64,000 nucleotides of DNA, taken from sequence record OZ196593.1; one strand, written 5' to 3'. Below are positions 62,788 through 64,000 of this stretch, one piece after another (the first letter of the stretch is position 1; each line of letters starts with the position of its first letter). A program made the position numbers and the translations under genes. The notes beneath the pieces were generated by a model. It had not been told where the DNA came from and did not search any database. It saw nothing but the letters and a program-made list of their open reading frames with translations.

Positions 62788-63023
62788 TGCACACTCTCAA
62801 CCCTGACTTTATTAAACGTGCGATTCAACAAGGCGAAGTGTTCAAACGCGTCGCTGAGATAATCGGTCAAGCGCGTCACGATCACTCGCAACTGCAAAAC
62901 TGTGTGATACTTGATACACGCGTTGTCGTTGTGCTGTTCGTTGCAGGTCATACTAAACGTGAGTTCGTTACGTACGAAGAGATCAGCGACTACATTCACG
63001 AACACGATGTTCAATTCACATAG
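62787..63023 (+). CDS. Hypothetical protein (tandem paralog array)
   Basis: Start ATG 62787; alpha-beta3-alpha pattern. Confidence 0.7.
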   Translation: MHTLNPDFIKRAIQQGEVFKRVAEIIGQARHDHSQLQNCVILDTRVVVVLFVAGHTKREFVTYEEISDYIHEHDVQFT

Positions 63024-63031
63024 GCAATATC

Positions 63032-63271
63032 ATGAACGTATCTCAATTACTTGACCAAGCAAGACAACTACAACTCATTGTTAAACGCATCGCGCTTGAT
63101 CGTCACGATGATGATATGCTCGTTGTCTCTACGTGTTGGACTGGCATCTACTACAAAGTAATGATGTGCAAGAAAGGTCGTGGCGCTAAACCATTTACTG
63201 AAATCATTCGCACGAGTGAACTCGAAGAACGTTTAGCTGAAATTAAACGCATCAAAGATGAACCACTATGA
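63032..63271 (+). CDS. Hypothetical protein (tandem paralog array)
   Basis: 79 aa. Confidence 0.7.
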   Translation: MNVSQLLDQARQLQLIVKRIALDRHDDDMLVVSTCWTGIYYKVMMCKKGRGAKPFTEIIRTSELEERLAEIKRIKDEPL

Positions 63272-63513
63272 CATTTGATCCTAAAATGAAATCAGCACGC
63301 ATCATGCAAGAGTATGAACAACTCAAAGATGCTGTGACTCAATGCATTGACTTGCGTGATGATGAGTCTGTAACTCACGTTGAATACTGTAGACAAAGCA
63401 ATGTGTTCACTGCTGTTGTCGCTACTGATATGTGGCTCGACAATATACAAGTCGATGGCATTACTGTTGAAACTAAATTGAGAGAAATCGATGAACGCAC
63501 ACGAAACAGTTAA
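63268..63513 (+). CDS. Hypothetical protein (tandem paralog array)
   Basis: 81 aa. Confidence 0.7.
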   Translation: MTFDPKMKSARIMQEYEQLKDAVTQCIDLRDDESVTHVEYCRQSNVFTAVVATDMWLDNIQVDGITVETKLREIDERTRNS

Positions 63514-63787
63514 ACATTACCAACGCATCAAGCGAACAATCGTTACCATCATCGATGAGAACTTCAAAGGCAACTTCACTATCATGGATGCTTTCTATGA
63601 TGATGAACACAAGCATTGGGAAGTTAGCGTCTACGATAATGGCAAAACAGTTGAATACTTCATTACTTCTCATGAACTCGACTGCCGATTCGAATTCGAA
63701 GACATGAAACTGTCTGTTCCATTACCTGATGTGCTGTGCATGAACGACGACGTGCTCGATGAACTGAAGAAAAAACTATGGACGTAA
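63491..63787 (+). CDS. Hypothetical protein (tandem paralog array)
   Basis: MNAHETV...FYDDEHKHWEV. Confidence 0.7.
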   Translation: MNAHETVKHYQRIKRTIVTIIDENFKGNFTIMDAFYDDEHKHWEVSVYDNGKTVEYFITSHELDCRFEFEDMKLSVPLPDVLCMNDDVLDELKKKLWT

Positions 63788-64000
63788 AAGAAACTGTTCA
63801 ACGACACGCGTTCATCTTTAAGAAACTCGATGAACTGCTTGAACTAAACTCGTGTCAATACACTGACCTTGTAGTATGGGATGATGAACGCGAACTGTTC
63901 GAAGTGTGCATCGTCACTGAATCAGAGAATGGCACTGAATATGATGACGTTGAAGTAACGCTCATCACAATACAAAACTATATCGATAAGGAACTATCAT
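63778..64000 (+). CDS. Hypothetical protein (tandem paralog array), partial
   Basis: Manual: MDVKETV...VWDDERELFEV; open to window end. Confidence 0.65.
   Translation, partial: MDVKETVQRHAFIFKKLDELLELNSCQYTDLVVWDDERELFEVCIVTESENGTEYDDVEVTLITIQNYIDKELS

Overview
This window is ~64 kb of a large T4-like (Straboviridae) myophage genome, most similar in gene content and order to KVP40/nt-1-type vibriophages. It has the conserved T4 core (gp24-like, gp55, gp47/46, 45.2, gp45/44/62, regA, gp43, rnlA, spanins, pseT, dCMP deaminase, gp31, gp49, rnl2, rIIA/rIIB, dda) interleaved with long runs of small early ORFs. Accessory modules: a 7-deazaguanine island (queD, folE, TGT/DpdA-like, queF, queC, a stand-alone class II glutamine amidotransferase, and an inserted Zn-repeat GIY-YIG endonuclease); NAD/ADP-ribose enzymes (NatV, NADAR, macrodomain, SLOG); RNA-repair enzymes; and an anti-restriction cluster (ArdA-like, N6A-MTase). 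The most interesting pattern is nine scattered, mostly unrelated proteins that share a T4 capsid-targeting/gp21-cleavage-type N-terminus, many in their own late-promoter cassettes: an Alt-like protein, a possible pseudokinase, a methyltransferase, an acidic HEAT-like protein, a zincin, a 288-aa protein, an ART-like toxin, a Gly-zipper protein and a mini-protein. Together they look like a modular virion-delivered effector set. One member has a compact, possibly two-state, structured RNA leader. Non-coding structure includes terminator/promoter hybrid hairpins, a conserved +1 motif (ATCGAAACGAAAC), TAGGTCT-flanked terminators and an exact 45-bp repeat 44 kb apart. No tRNA, rRNA, CRISPR array or intein was found. 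All family calls come from motif recognition by eye, not from database searches.
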